Positions 21,429 to 31,800 of a DNA stretch of 64,000 nt are shown in pieces. Made by a program: the position numbers and the translations under genes. The notes under the pieces were generated by a model. The model had not been told where the DNA came from and searched no databases. It saw nothing but the letters and a program-made list of their open reading frames with translations. Within the stretch, counting starts at the first letter, position 1; every line of letters begins with the position of its first letter. Source of the stretch: a virus. Taxonomy: Duplodnaviria > Caudoviricetes. The stretch is taken from positions 72,946 to 136,945 of the IMG/VR virus record IMGVR_UViG_3300032038_000010; one strand, 5' to 3'.

Positions 21429-22972
21429 TGGCACAACCAAGATATGTTGATATTCCAGCTATTGTACAAGTCATTGGAAGCGTTTATCAAAACCCAAATC
21501 TATTAGATAATGAAGCGTATCATATTACAGAAGATGATTTTACTGAAAAATTTCATAAAGTAATTTTCGGTTCTATTTATAATCTTCATATGCTAGGCGC
21601 ACAAAAAATTAATATCAATACAATAGAAGATTATCTTGGACAAAGACCAACAAAATTAGCTATCTATAAAACTAATAAAGGGCCAGAATATCTGGAAAAT
21701 CTTCAAGAATCAACTCAGGTCGAGTCTTTTGATTATTATTACAAAAGAATGAAAAAAATGACTTTACTCCGTATGTATAATGAGCGAGTCGGAATGGATT
21801 TATCATGGTTGTATGATATTAATAATATTCTTGACATAAAGAAAAAACAAAAGCAAGAAGATTGGTTAGATAATACTCCTATTGAAGATATAGCTAATCA
21901 AGTTAATGATAAAATTGAACAAATCAAATCAAAGTATGTTGATAATGCAGATGACAGCTTTTCCGAAGCAGGAGAAGGTATTGAAGATTTAATCGTCCGT
22001 TTACAAAAATATCCTGAAGTTGGTTATCCTCTTTATGGTGCTTTAAATAACTCTATACATCGCGGCGCCCGCCTCGGTAAGTTATATCTTCGCAGCGCGG
22101 CTACAGGAGTTGGTAAAACTAGAGCCATGGTGGCAGATTGTTGCACTATTGGATGTGCAGAATTATATGATTCTACCACGGGTTCATGGATAGCAAATGG
22201 AACTAAAGAGCCAGTTGTATTTGTAACTACTGAGCAGCAGCTAGATGAAATCCAGACTATGATGTTAGCTTTTATAGCTAATGTCAATGAAGATCATATT
22301 CTTGACAACTCGTATGGAACAGATGAGTTAGAGAGAGTCATGCACGCCGCACAAATCCTCAAAGAGTCTGACATTCATATCAAAAGATTACCAGACTTCA
22401 GTTTGCAAGATATTGAAAACACAATTAAATTTAGTGTACGAGAATATCATGTAAGATATTTCTTCCATGATTATATTCATACTTCAATTAAAATTCTTAG
22501 TGAGATTAGTTCAAAAGCTAGAGTTCAAGGATTGCGTGAAGATAATATTTTGTTTATGATTGCGGTCCGCCTAAAAGATTTAGCAGTTGAGAATGGTATC
22601 TTTATTGAAACGGCTACTCAGTTGAATGGTGATTATCGAACAGCTCAAACTTACGACCAAAATCTTCTGCGTGGAGCAAAAAGTATTGCAGATAAAATTG
22701 ACGTAGGTGAAATAATGCTTGATGTATCTCAAGAAGATAAAGAAGCATTAAAGAAATTAATTGAACAAAATGGTTTTCCGATTCCAGATACTAAAATATC
22801 AATTTATAAAAATCGTAGAGGAAAGTATAAAGATATATTAGTTTGGTGTTCAAGTGATAAGGGCTGTTGTAAAATCAATCCTACTTTTGTAACTAATTAT
22901 CAATATGAATTACTAGATATTCCAGCATTAAAAATTACTGTTACTCCGAGAGAAGAGGAGTCCGCATTTTGA
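21428..22972 (+). CDS. DnaB-like replicative helicase
   Basis: SAATGVGKT, DYI, ATQLN, LRGAKSIADK and KNR motifs. Confidence 0.9.
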   Translation: MAQPRYVDIPAIVQVIGSVYQNPNLLDNEAYHITEDDFTEKFHKVIFGSIYNLHMLGAQKININTIEDYLGQRPTKLAIYKTNKGPEYLENLQESTQVESFDYYYKRMKKMTLLRMYNERVGMDLSWLYDINNILDIKKKQKQEDWLDNTPIEDIANQVNDKIEQIKSKYVDNADDSFSEAGEGIEDLIVRLQKYPEVGYPLYGALNNSIHRGARLGKLYLRSAATGVGKTRAMVADCCTIGCAELYDSTTGSWIANGTKEPVVFVTTEQQLDEIQTMMLAFIANVNEDHILDNSYGTDELERVMHAAQILKESDIHIKRLPDFSLQDIENTIKFSVREYHVRYFFHDYIHTSIKILSEISSKARVQGLREDNILFMIAVRLKDLAVENGIFIETATQLNGDYRTAQTYDQNLLRGAKSIADKIDVGEIMLDVSQEDKEALKKLIEQNGFPIPDTKISIYKNRRGKYKDILVWCSSDKGCCKINPTFVTNYQYELLDIPALKITVTPREEESAF

Positions 22973-24060
22973 AATATGATAAAGATGAAATAAAAAATTC
23001 ATTAACAATAGAGCAAGTAGAACAATTAGTAGCAGAACTTGGCGGCGAACCTCGCCGTCAAGGAAACTATTTAGTATGTGCTACTATATGCCATAATCAT
23101 CCAGGCGAAGGCTCACATAAATTGTATTATTATAATAACACAAAATTGTTTCGTTGTTATACTGAATGTGACGATACTTTTGATATATTTCAATTACTTA
23201 TTAAAATTCATAAACAAAATGGAGAAGATTGGACACTATATAATGCAGAATCTTATATAGTAAATTACTTCTCGCTTGATTTTGAAGAAGATTTTTTTGA
23301 AGAACGTTCAAATCTTCAAGATTGGCAAATTTTTTCCAAATATAAAGAAAATAATCAAAAATCTGATAGTAAAAAAATAATCAATCTTCAAACTTTTGAC
23401 GATGCATTTTTACATAATCTGCCGCAGCCGCATATTATTCCATGGGAAAAAGAAGGTATCAGTTATAACATTGAACAATTAAGAGGTATCAGATTTGATC
23501 CTGCTAATTATGGAGTAGTTATTCCACACTATAATATAGATAATAAATTAGTAGGGGTCCGCGAACGAACTCTAGTAAAAGAAAATGAAATATATGGAAA
23601 ATACCGACCAGCAGTAATAAATAGAAAAATGTATAACCACCCGCTTGGGTATAATCTTTATAATTTAAACAATAGTAAAACAGCAATAGCGGCACTCCAT
23701 AAAGTCGTAGTCTTTGAAGGCGAGAAGTCTAGTCTCTTATATGCGTCTATGTTTGGTCCAGATAATGATATATCTGTAGCTTGCTGTGGAAGTAATTTAA
23801 TTTCATATCAATTTAAATTACTTTATAATCTTGGAGTTAATGAAATTATCATTGCTTTTGATAGACAATTTCAAACCCTTAAAGATAAAGAATGGCAAGG
23901 TTGGACAAAGAAATTAAAAGATATACATAATAAATATGGCTCAATTGTGCAAATTAGTTTTATGTTTGATTTAGATAATAAATTAAATTATAAAGATAGT
24001 CCAATAGATCAAGGCAAAGATACTTTTATGTATTTATTTCAAAATAGAATACAGCTGTAA
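22969..24060 (+). CDS. DNA primase
   Basis: Zn finger (CHN...CYTEC) plus TOPRIM (FEGEKS, AFD, KDSP.D). Confidence 0.9.
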   Translation: MKYDKDEIKNSLTIEQVEQLVAELGGEPRRQGNYLVCATICHNHPGEGSHKLYYYNNTKLFRCYTECDDTFDIFQLLIKIHKQNGEDWTLYNAESYIVNYFSLDFEEDFFEERSNLQDWQIFSKYKENNQKSDSKKIINLQTFDDAFLHNLPQPHIIPWEKEGISYNIEQLRGIRFDPANYGVVIPHYNIDNKLVGVRERTLVKENEIYGKYRPAVINRKMYNHPLGYNLYNLNNSKTAIAALHKVVVFEGEKSSLLYASMFGPDNDISVACCGSNLISYQFKLLYNLGVNEIIIAFDRQFQTLKDKEWQGWTKKLKDIHNKYGSIVQISFMFDLDNKLNYKDSPIDQGKDTFMYLFQNRIQL

Positions 24061-24139
24061 GGAGATGTCATGAATTGACATCTCTTTTTTTTTATGTTAT
24101 AATAAAAATAGAAATAAAAAGTAAAAAGGACAGATTAAA

Positions 24140-25906
24140 ATGAAATATAAATTAATTAAACCTATCAATCCGCAGTATTCTACGGTTGAACAAATACTAA
24201 CTAATCGCGGCATCCCTATTCAAGAAATTCATCATTATCTTAATACAACAGATAATGATATTAATTCACCTTCTCTATTTGGAGAAGATAATTTAAAAAG
24301 AGGGGCGGCCGCACTTATAAACACTATCAAGTCAGATAATACAATGATTATTGTAGTAGATGCTGACTGTGATGGCTTTACATCATCTGCAATATTAATT
24401 AATTATTTACATGATTTATTTCCACATTGGGTAGAAACTAAATTATCTTGGTATTTACATTCAAGCAAACAACATGGATTGAATGATTGCATAGATTGGA
24501 TTATTGATAAACAATTTAATTTAGTATGTTGCCCAGATTCATCTAGTAATGACTATAATGAACATCAGCGTTTAAAGGAATTGGGTATTGATACGATCGT
24601 ATTAGATCACCATGAAGCAGATAAAATTGATGATAATGCAATTATTATTAATAATCAATTATCATCATATCCAAATAAAGAATTATCTGGGGCAGGTGTG
24701 ACCTGGCAATTTTGTCGTTACATAGATAAATTATTAAATACTACTCATGCCAATAATTATTTAGATTTAGTGTCTCTCGGCGATAATGCAGATATGATGA
24801 GTATGACTTCTTTTGAAACTAAACATTTAATTCAAAAAGGGCTAGAAGATGAAAACCTAAAAAATCCATTTATAACATACATGGCAGATAAGAATAGTTT
24901 TTCATTAAAAGGAAAATTAACTCCTATCAATGTTGCATTTTATATTGCACCATATGTTAACGCTATAGTAAGAAGCGGCACTCTTGAAGAAAAACAAGTT
25001 GTATTTGAATCAATGTTGCAATTTAGAGCTTTTGAACGAGTTCCTTCTATAAAGCGTGGGCATAAATTAGGAGATACTGAGTCAATAGTAGAACAAGCAA
25101 CACGAATTGCTACTAATGTAAAAGCTCGTCAGACAAAAGCTCAAAATGAAGGAATGTTGACTATTGAAAATATGATTCAAGAACAACACCTTCTTGACCA
25201 TAAAGTTTTATTATTCCTTATTGAAGCTGGTGCTATTGATAAAAATATTGCTGGATTAATTGCAAATAAAATAATGTCTAAATATCAAAGACCAGTTTGC
25301 ATTTTAACAAAAGTAAATGATGAAGGTACTATCTCTTATCAAGGCTCCGCTCGTGGATGTGATAAAACTGGAGTAAATAATTTTAAAGATATATGCAGTC
25401 AAACTAATGCTATTTTATATGCGGAAGGCCATCAAGGTGCTTTCGGACTCGGCATAGAAGAAGATAAAATTCAAGATTTTATAAATAGAACAGATGAAAT
25501 ATTAAAAGATATTAATGATGAACCTATTTATTTTGTAGATTATATTTATCAATCTAATACTATCAACCCTCAGAATATCTTAAATATTGCAGACATGGAT
25601 AATTTATGGGGGAAAGATATTAACGAAGCACTAGTCGCTGTTGAAAATATAAAAGTTACTTCAGATATGGTAACTGTATATTCAAAGAAAAATTTAACAA
25701 TTAAAATCAATTTACCAAATAATATTAGTGCGATGATTTTTAACGCTTCAGATGAAGAAGTAGCAAAATTACAAACTAATAATACAGGATATGTTGAAAT
25801 TAATCTTATAGCAAAATGCAATCGTAATGAATGGATGGGCAATATTACACCTCAATTATTTATCGAAGATTGGGAAACTACAGACTCAAATAAATACTAT
25901 TTTTAA
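24140..25906 (+). CDS. recJ: RecJ-like ssDNA exonuclease (DHH family)
   Basis: DADCDG, DHH, SGAGV, GSARG and GH..AFG motifs. Confidence 0.9.
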   Translation: MKYKLIKPINPQYSTVEQILTNRGIPIQEIHHYLNTTDNDINSPSLFGEDNLKRGAAALINTIKSDNTMIIVVDADCDGFTSSAILINYLHDLFPHWVETKLSWYLHSSKQHGLNDCIDWIIDKQFNLVCCPDSSSNDYNEHQRLKELGIDTIVLDHHEADKIDDNAIIINNQLSSYPNKELSGAGVTWQFCRYIDKLLNTTHANNYLDLVSLGDNADMMSMTSFETKHLIQKGLEDENLKNPFITYMADKNSFSLKGKLTPINVAFYIAPYVNAIVRSGTLEEKQVVFESMLQFRAFERVPSIKRGHKLGDTESIVEQATRIATNVKARQTKAQNEGMLTIENMIQEQHLLDHKVLLFLIEAGAIDKNIAGLIANKIMSKYQRPVCILTKVNDEGTISYQGSARGCDKTGVNNFKDICSQTNAILYAEGHQGAFGLGIEEDKIQDFINRTDEILKDINDEPIYFVDYIYQSNTINPQNILNIADMDNLWGKDINEALVAVENIKVTSDMVTVYSKKNLTIKINLPNNISAMIFNASDEEVAKLQTNNTGYVEINLIAKCNRNEWMGNITPQLFIEDWETTDSNKYYF

Positions 25907-26041
25907 CTGAGCGGCTTGATTGCGGCTGCTATTATCGTAGTCCAAGATTAAACATAGTCTTGGACTTTTTTAATGTGAATTTTACTTTTGAGAAAAAATA
26001 TAGTATAATAAATTATAAAAAGATAGTAAAAGAGGTTAAAT

Positions 26042-27214
26042 ATGATACTTACAAATAAACAAGAAGAAGGTCTTAAACTGGCTGTACAACGCCATAAAGA
26101 CGGAGAAAAGTACACAGTAATATCTGGATATGCTGGTACAGGTAAGTCAACCCTAGTGCGTTTTATTATCGACGCCTTAAATGTAGAGGAAGACAGAGTA
26201 TGTTATACTTCATTTACTGGCAAAGCAGCAGAAGTGCTCCGTAAAAAAGGTAATAGAAATGTATCTACATTGCATAGGCTTTTATATGAACATATCCCGC
26301 GGCCCGCAGGTGGCTTTATTCGTAAAAAGAAGCCTATGATTGATTACGATATAGTAGTCGTAGATGAGGTATCAATGGTTCCGAAGAGTCTTATGGAAGT
26401 ATTGTTTACTCATCCTTGTTATGTTATTTGCCTAGGCGATCCATTCCAGCTTCCACCAATAGATAAAGATGAAGATAATCATTTACTTGACCATCCGCAT
26501 ATTTTTCTTGATGAAATTATGCGGCAGGCCGCAGATTCAGAAATTATCCAGCTTACTATGAAAATAAGAAATAAAGAACCTATTTCTTTATTTAATGGTG
26601 ATAATGTTAAAGTGTTACCAAAAGATCAACTAAATACTGGTATTCTTACTTGGGCGGATCAGGTATTAGTTGCTACTAATGCTAAACGTCAAGCGATTAA
26701 TAACCAAATGCGTATGTTATATCATCATGGCGGCCGCCCTGAAGATGGAGATAAAGTAATATGTCTTCGTAATTATTGGGAAGATACAAATTTAAATGGT
26801 GATGCTCTTGTCAATGGCACTCTTGGTTATATTCATAACCCGTATGAAAGTTTTAATATGCTTCCATCATTTTGTAAAAAGCGACAAGTAGATACTCTTG
26901 AAGCCGAATTTGTAGCAGATGATGGCAACTCGTTTGGCGGATTACAAATGGATTTAAATATGATGCTCACAGGTGATTGCTCTCTTGACTGGCGAGATAA
27001 ATATAAACTTGGAAAAAATCGTAAAACGCAACATCTAGTGCCAAAGGAGTTCGTTTATGGATATGCTATAACTGGTCACAAAGCGCAAGGGTCTGAGTGG
27101 GATAAGGTTACGGTTCTAGAAGAAAAGTTCCCATTCGACAAAAATGAACATGCCCGCTGGCTATATACAGCTTGCACCCGTGCCGCGGATAAACTTGTAT
27201 TGATTCAACAATAA
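26042..27214 (+). CDS. RecD/Dda-like SF1 helicase
   Basis: GYAGTGKST, DEVSM, GDPFQLPP, HKAQGSEW and YTA.TRA motifs. Confidence 0.9.
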   Translation: MILTNKQEEGLKLAVQRHKDGEKYTVISGYAGTGKSTLVRFIIDALNVEEDRVCYTSFTGKAAEVLRKKGNRNVSTLHRLLYEHIPRPAGGFIRKKKPMIDYDIVVVDEVSMVPKSLMEVLFTHPCYVICLGDPFQLPPIDKDEDNHLLDHPHIFLDEIMRQAADSEIIQLTMKIRNKEPISLFNGDNVKVLPKDQLNTGILTWADQVLVATNAKRQAINNQMRMLYHHGGRPEDGDKVICLRNYWEDTNLNGDALVNGTLGYIHNPYESFNMLPSFCKKRQVDTLEAEFVADDGNSFGGLQMDLNMMLTGDCSLDWRDKYKLGKNRKTQHLVPKEFVYGYAITGHKAQGSEWDKVTVLEEKFPFDKNEHARWLYTACTRAADKLVLIQQ

Positions 27215-27230
27215 AAATTGGAGGTAAATT

Positions 27231-27503
27231 ATGATAAAAGGCAAACATCCAAACAAATTTATGTGGACAGCAGATAATTATAGATGGCAGAGAAATGATG
27301 GTACTATAATTAAAGGTTGCGAAAAATTTTTAGAATATAATGTTACTATCAATATGAGGGGACAAGCTGTTACATTAAATTTTATTTCAGATTATCCAAC
27401 TGAAGAAGTTATAGCGCAATTAGAAAATTTTACCTCTAATATGATCAATAATTGTCCCAATTGTATATGGAAAAATTATAAAACTAATAAAGAAGGAGAA
27501 TAA
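27231..27503 (+). CDS. Hypothetical protein
   Basis: GGAGGT RBS; 90 aa. Confidence 0.65.
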   Translation: MIKGKHPNKFMWTADNYRWQRNDGTIIKGCEKFLEYNVTINMRGQAVTLNFISDYPTEEVIAQLENFTSNMINNCPNCIWKNYKTNKEGE

Positions 27504-27505
27504 TT

Positions 27506-27658
27506 ATGGATGTAATTGCTTTTATAAATAAAATGAAAGATGTTTTTTCAGCTCTTCCTGATGAAGAAATAGATACATATAATGATTTATATAATGATGC
27601 TCCAACTGAAGAATTTATTGCATGGATTAATAGAAAGTGTGATGAATTGTGCAAATAA
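27506..27658 (+). CDS. Small hypothetical protein
   Basis: AAGGAG RBS; 50 aa MDVIAFINK... Confidence 0.55.
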   Translation: MDVIAFINKMKDVFSALPDEEIDTYNDLYNDAPTEEFIAWINRKCDELCK

Positions 27659-28110
27659 AAACTTCATATTTTTATCAAATCAGAAATTTTAAGCCGTGGA
27701 TGATACCTGTATCTACGGCTTTAAGTGATCCAATTTGGTACCGTCCGCCGCAAGGAAAAGAATGGTTTGTAGACAAACGAGGAGTAATTAACGGTTTAAA
27801 ATATAAACCACTTATAGTGCAATATGACTGTAATATGTTATGCCCTATATGCGAAGAAAAAGATATTTTAAAAGGTAATTGTTTTACAATGCTTGAATAT
27901 CGTAAGGCTCTTGATACAATAAATAAAGATACTATGTATAAAGCTTTTGAACATTGTATAAATTATTTTAAATTACCTTTTGATGATAATGAACCTATGA
28001 TAGTATTAATGGTACATGAGGCTCCACAAAATCCATGTAGTGAACGTATTGCATTACAAGATTATTTTAAATGTGAAGAATTAAAATATCCAATTGAAGA
28101 TAATTATTAA
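27649..28110 (+). CDS. DUF488-like hypothetical protein
   Basis: IKTSYFY...P.ST...P.WY...HE.P.NPCSER pattern. Confidence 0.55.
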   Translation: MQIKTSYFYQIRNFKPWMIPVSTALSDPIWYRPPQGKEWFVDKRGVINGLKYKPLIVQYDCNMLCPICEEKDILKGNCFTMLEYRKALDTINKDTMYKAFEHCINYFKLPFDDNEPMIVLMVHEAPQNPCSERIALQDYFKCEELKYPIEDNY

Positions 28111-28188
28111 TGAACCACAGTTGTGCTCATTTTTGACTTTTTGAGAAAAAAATGATATAATATTTATATAAAATAAAGAGGTATCAAT

Positions 28189-28599
28189 ATGAAAGAAGTA
28201 AAAAGAACTGAGCGCGGATGGGCTGGACATTTTTGCTGTTCTAGGGACTGCGCCTTCCGCAGAAATACTTTGCTTGAGTATAAAAATAAAAAATGGATAA
28301 TTTCAACAGTAGGTTTACAAATTTGCAGGCATACTATATCGCCCTATTGTAAAGAAGGTGATGTAATGACCATTGGATACAATCGTTGGTATGAAACAAT
28401 GGCATTTGAATCCCTTTATAATGAATATGATGACGCGGATGTTACAAAAGAGATTGAATTTGAAAGTGACTGGGGCATTTGGGGAGAGACATGGGAAGAG
28501 GTTATGGAAAAATATAATCAGCATCCTGATCTTGCAGCAAATGAAATGCATGAAAAAATTGTTGAAGAATTGATGGAGAAAATTAAAAATGAAATATAG
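28189..28599 (+). CDS. Hypothetical protein (ends at TAG; extends to 28617 if TAG is read)
   Basis: GAGGT RBS; RTERGWAGHF motif. Confidence 0.7.
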   Translation: MKEVKRTERGWAGHFCCSRDCAFRRNTLLEYKNKKWIISTVGLQICRHTISPYCKEGDVMTIGYNRWYETMAFESLYNEYDDADVTKEIEFESDWGIWGETWEEVMEKYNQHPDLAANEMHEKIVEELMEKIKNEI

Positions 28600-28780
28600 A
28601 TTAGTAGAAGAGAATAAATTAAGACGTTTAATTGAATCTGAGATGATATATAATGAACTTTGCGCTTGGGGAGTAGATAATTGGACTGGATTTGATGAAG
28701 TTAAATTTCCAGATATTGATGATGTTGAAAAAGAGTTAAATAAGTTTGATAAATTCGAGGAGCGTGATTCTGATGATTAA
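28589..28780 (+). CDS. Hypothetical protein (GVDNW motif)
   Basis: 63 aa, translationally coupled. Confidence 0.6.
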   Translation: MKYRLVEENKLRRLIESEMIYNELCAWGVDNWTGFDEVKFPDIDDVEKELNKFDKFEERDSDD

Positions 28781-28845
28781 ATCATTATATCCACAATTAC
28801 AAACATTGGATATACAGGATTTGATGTAAAAAGGAGGTGGTTAAA

Positions 28846-31800
28846 ATAAATACTCAGGATAGAATGGAAATACACTCTCATACTGAGTATTCCTAATGTC
28901 TAACATTAGGTTACTCGATTGTATCAATAAGCCAATAGATCTTGTTAATCGGGCAATAGAGATTGGTCTTAAAGGTATAGTAATCACAGACCACGAGACT
29001 CTTTCAAGTCATGTTAAATTAAATAAATATCAATTTGAGATTCAGAAAGAACATCCTGACTTTAAAATTGGATTAGGCAATGAGATTTATCTTACAGATA
29101 CAAGAGATAAAAATCAAAAATATTATCATTTTATTTTAATTGCAAAAAATAAAGAAGGATGGAAACAACTTCGTATTTTATCTTCGAGAGCATGGATGCA
29201 AAGTTATTATGATCGAGGATTCGAAAGAGTTCCGACTTTGAAATCAGAAATTGAAGATGTAATATTGAAGAACCCAGGCAATATTATTGCAACTTCAGCT
29301 TGTATCGGCGGAGAGTTATCATCTTCAGTCTTAGCGATGGAAAAGGCTAGACAAGTTGGAGATATAGCGGGAACCGCCGCAGCTTATAATCAAATTACAT
29401 CATTTATTGAGTGGTGTTTAAAAGTATTTGGTGAGGACTTTTTCATCGAATGTGCTCCTAGCGCAAGTAAAGACCAAATTATTGTAAATAAAAAACTTGC
29501 AGATATAGCAAAAGTATATGGAATCAAAATGGTAATTGGTTCTGACGCTCATTACCTTAAAAAAGAAGATAGATTTGTTCATAAAGCATATCTTAATTCA
29601 AAAGGTGGCGAACGTGAAGTAGATAGTTTCTATGAATATGCTTATCTTCAAGATGAAAATGATATTATCGCAAATTTGACTCCATCTATTGTTGACCAAT
29701 ATAATATTATGTGTCAGAATAGTATGGAAATATATGATAAAATTGAAGTTTATGATATTTTACATAATCAAGTTATTCCAAGAGTAGAAGTAAAAGATTA
29801 TCCTAAGAAAGATATTAAAGATGACAAGCATCCAATTTTATCTGATATGTATAAGAGTGATAATCAATATGAAAGATATTGGATTAATGAGTGTGCGGCC
29901 GCCCTCCGTCAGAAAAGACTGGATTCGAAGTCAGAATACTGGGATCGTCTTGAAGAAGAAGCAGATATAAAAAGAACGGTAGGAGAGAAACTGGGAACAA
30001 ATATGTTTTCATATCCTATTACACTCCAGCATTATGTTGATTTATTCTGGGAGTGTGGATCTCTCGTAGGTGCGGGCCGCGGTTCTAGCTGTTCAGGATT
30101 AAATCATTATCTTCTAGGTATCACTCAGCTTGATCCAATCCAGTGGAATCTTCCGTTCTGGAGATTAGAACTTTAAGAAATAGTCTCCCTTCATTGTGAA
30201 ATGAAGTATAAAAAATTTTGTGAACTCTATTACTCAGAGGTGTGAAAAGAACGTATAGTTTTAGTAGGAAATGACTGATTAATCTTTTTGCTAACCGGGA
30301 AGCCTGAGCGGTATGGCCGCAGGTAATCCAGTGCCAAGACTAGAAATAGTAAGGTGTAACGACTATCCGAAAGGAGTAGGGTGGAAGTTGAGTTACCATC
30401 CGAAGTGCAAAAATCTTTAAATATTTTCTGCCACATTGGACAAAACGGTAGAATTTAGTAATCTCAAAAATCATATTATAATAGAAAATATGAAAGGAGA
30501 TTACTAGCATGTTAATCTACAAAATAACAAATAAAATAAATGGAAAATGTTATATTGGTCAAACAATTAAATCTGCTGAACAACGATGGAAAAAACATCA
30601 ATCTCATGCTTTTGGTACTCATCCAAATGATATAAATAAAACTTTATATCAAGCGATAAGAAAATATGGATTAGAAAATTTCACTTTTGAAGTAGTGCAA
30701 GACAATATTGAGACTTTCGAGCAATTAGATAAAGCAGAAATATATTGGATTGATTATTATAATAGTTTTGTAAAAGGATACAATGAAACGTTTGGAGGGC
30801 AACAATATCATCAAATACTTCCAAACAAAGAAATAATTCAAGATTATTACAAAACTAGAAGCGCAAGAAAAACAGCTTTAAATTTTGGAATTGATCATTC
30901 TACTGTAGATGATATTTTAAATCAAAATAATATTCCAAGATTTACTTTTAGACAAGCAGCTGGTCAAAGAATAAAAATTTCAAAAGATGGTTTTGAGAAA
31001 GAATTTGATTCAGTTAAAGATTGCGCTGAATGGTTTGTTAATAATAAAATTTGCAAAACTGATAAAGTAGAAAGCGCTAGAGCAGGATTAAAAACTGCTC
31101 GCAGCGAAAAAGGTAATGGTTTCTACTATGGTTATTTTATAGAAAATATTTAAAGAATAAGATATAGTCTGTGCCATTAGAAATAATGGATAACACGATT
31201 TAAACAAAGATCGAATCGAATTAGGTGATATTGATATTGATATTTGTCCAAGCAAAAAAGGCATCATTCTTAAAAAGATTAAAGAAGAACGCGGACAAAA
31301 ATTTAATTCAGATGTAGATGAACTTTCAAGGGAAAATCTTGGATGTGTATTAGTTGCAACTTTTGGTACAGAAGGGACTCGTTCTACTATCTTAACGGCC
31401 TGCCGCGGATATAGAAGTGAAGAATATCCAGATGGAATTGATGTAGACACAGCACAGTTTTTAGCATCATTAGTTCCACAGGAAAGAGGATTTTCTTGGA
31501 GTCTTTCTGATGTAGTTTATGGTAATAAAGAAAAAGATAGACAAGCATCTGACTTGTTTATTAATGAAGTAAATCAATATCCAGGACTTCTTAATATTAT
31601 GATGGCTATTGAAGGTCTAGTAAATAAAAGAAGTAGTCATGCATCTGGTGTTATCTTCATGGATGAAGATCCATATGAATTTGGTTCATTTATGAGAACA
31701 CCAAAGGGTGAAGTAATCACAGCATTTGATTTGCATGATTGTGAAGCTATTGGTATGACAAAGTATGATTTTCTTGTAACTGAAGTTCAGGATAAATTAG

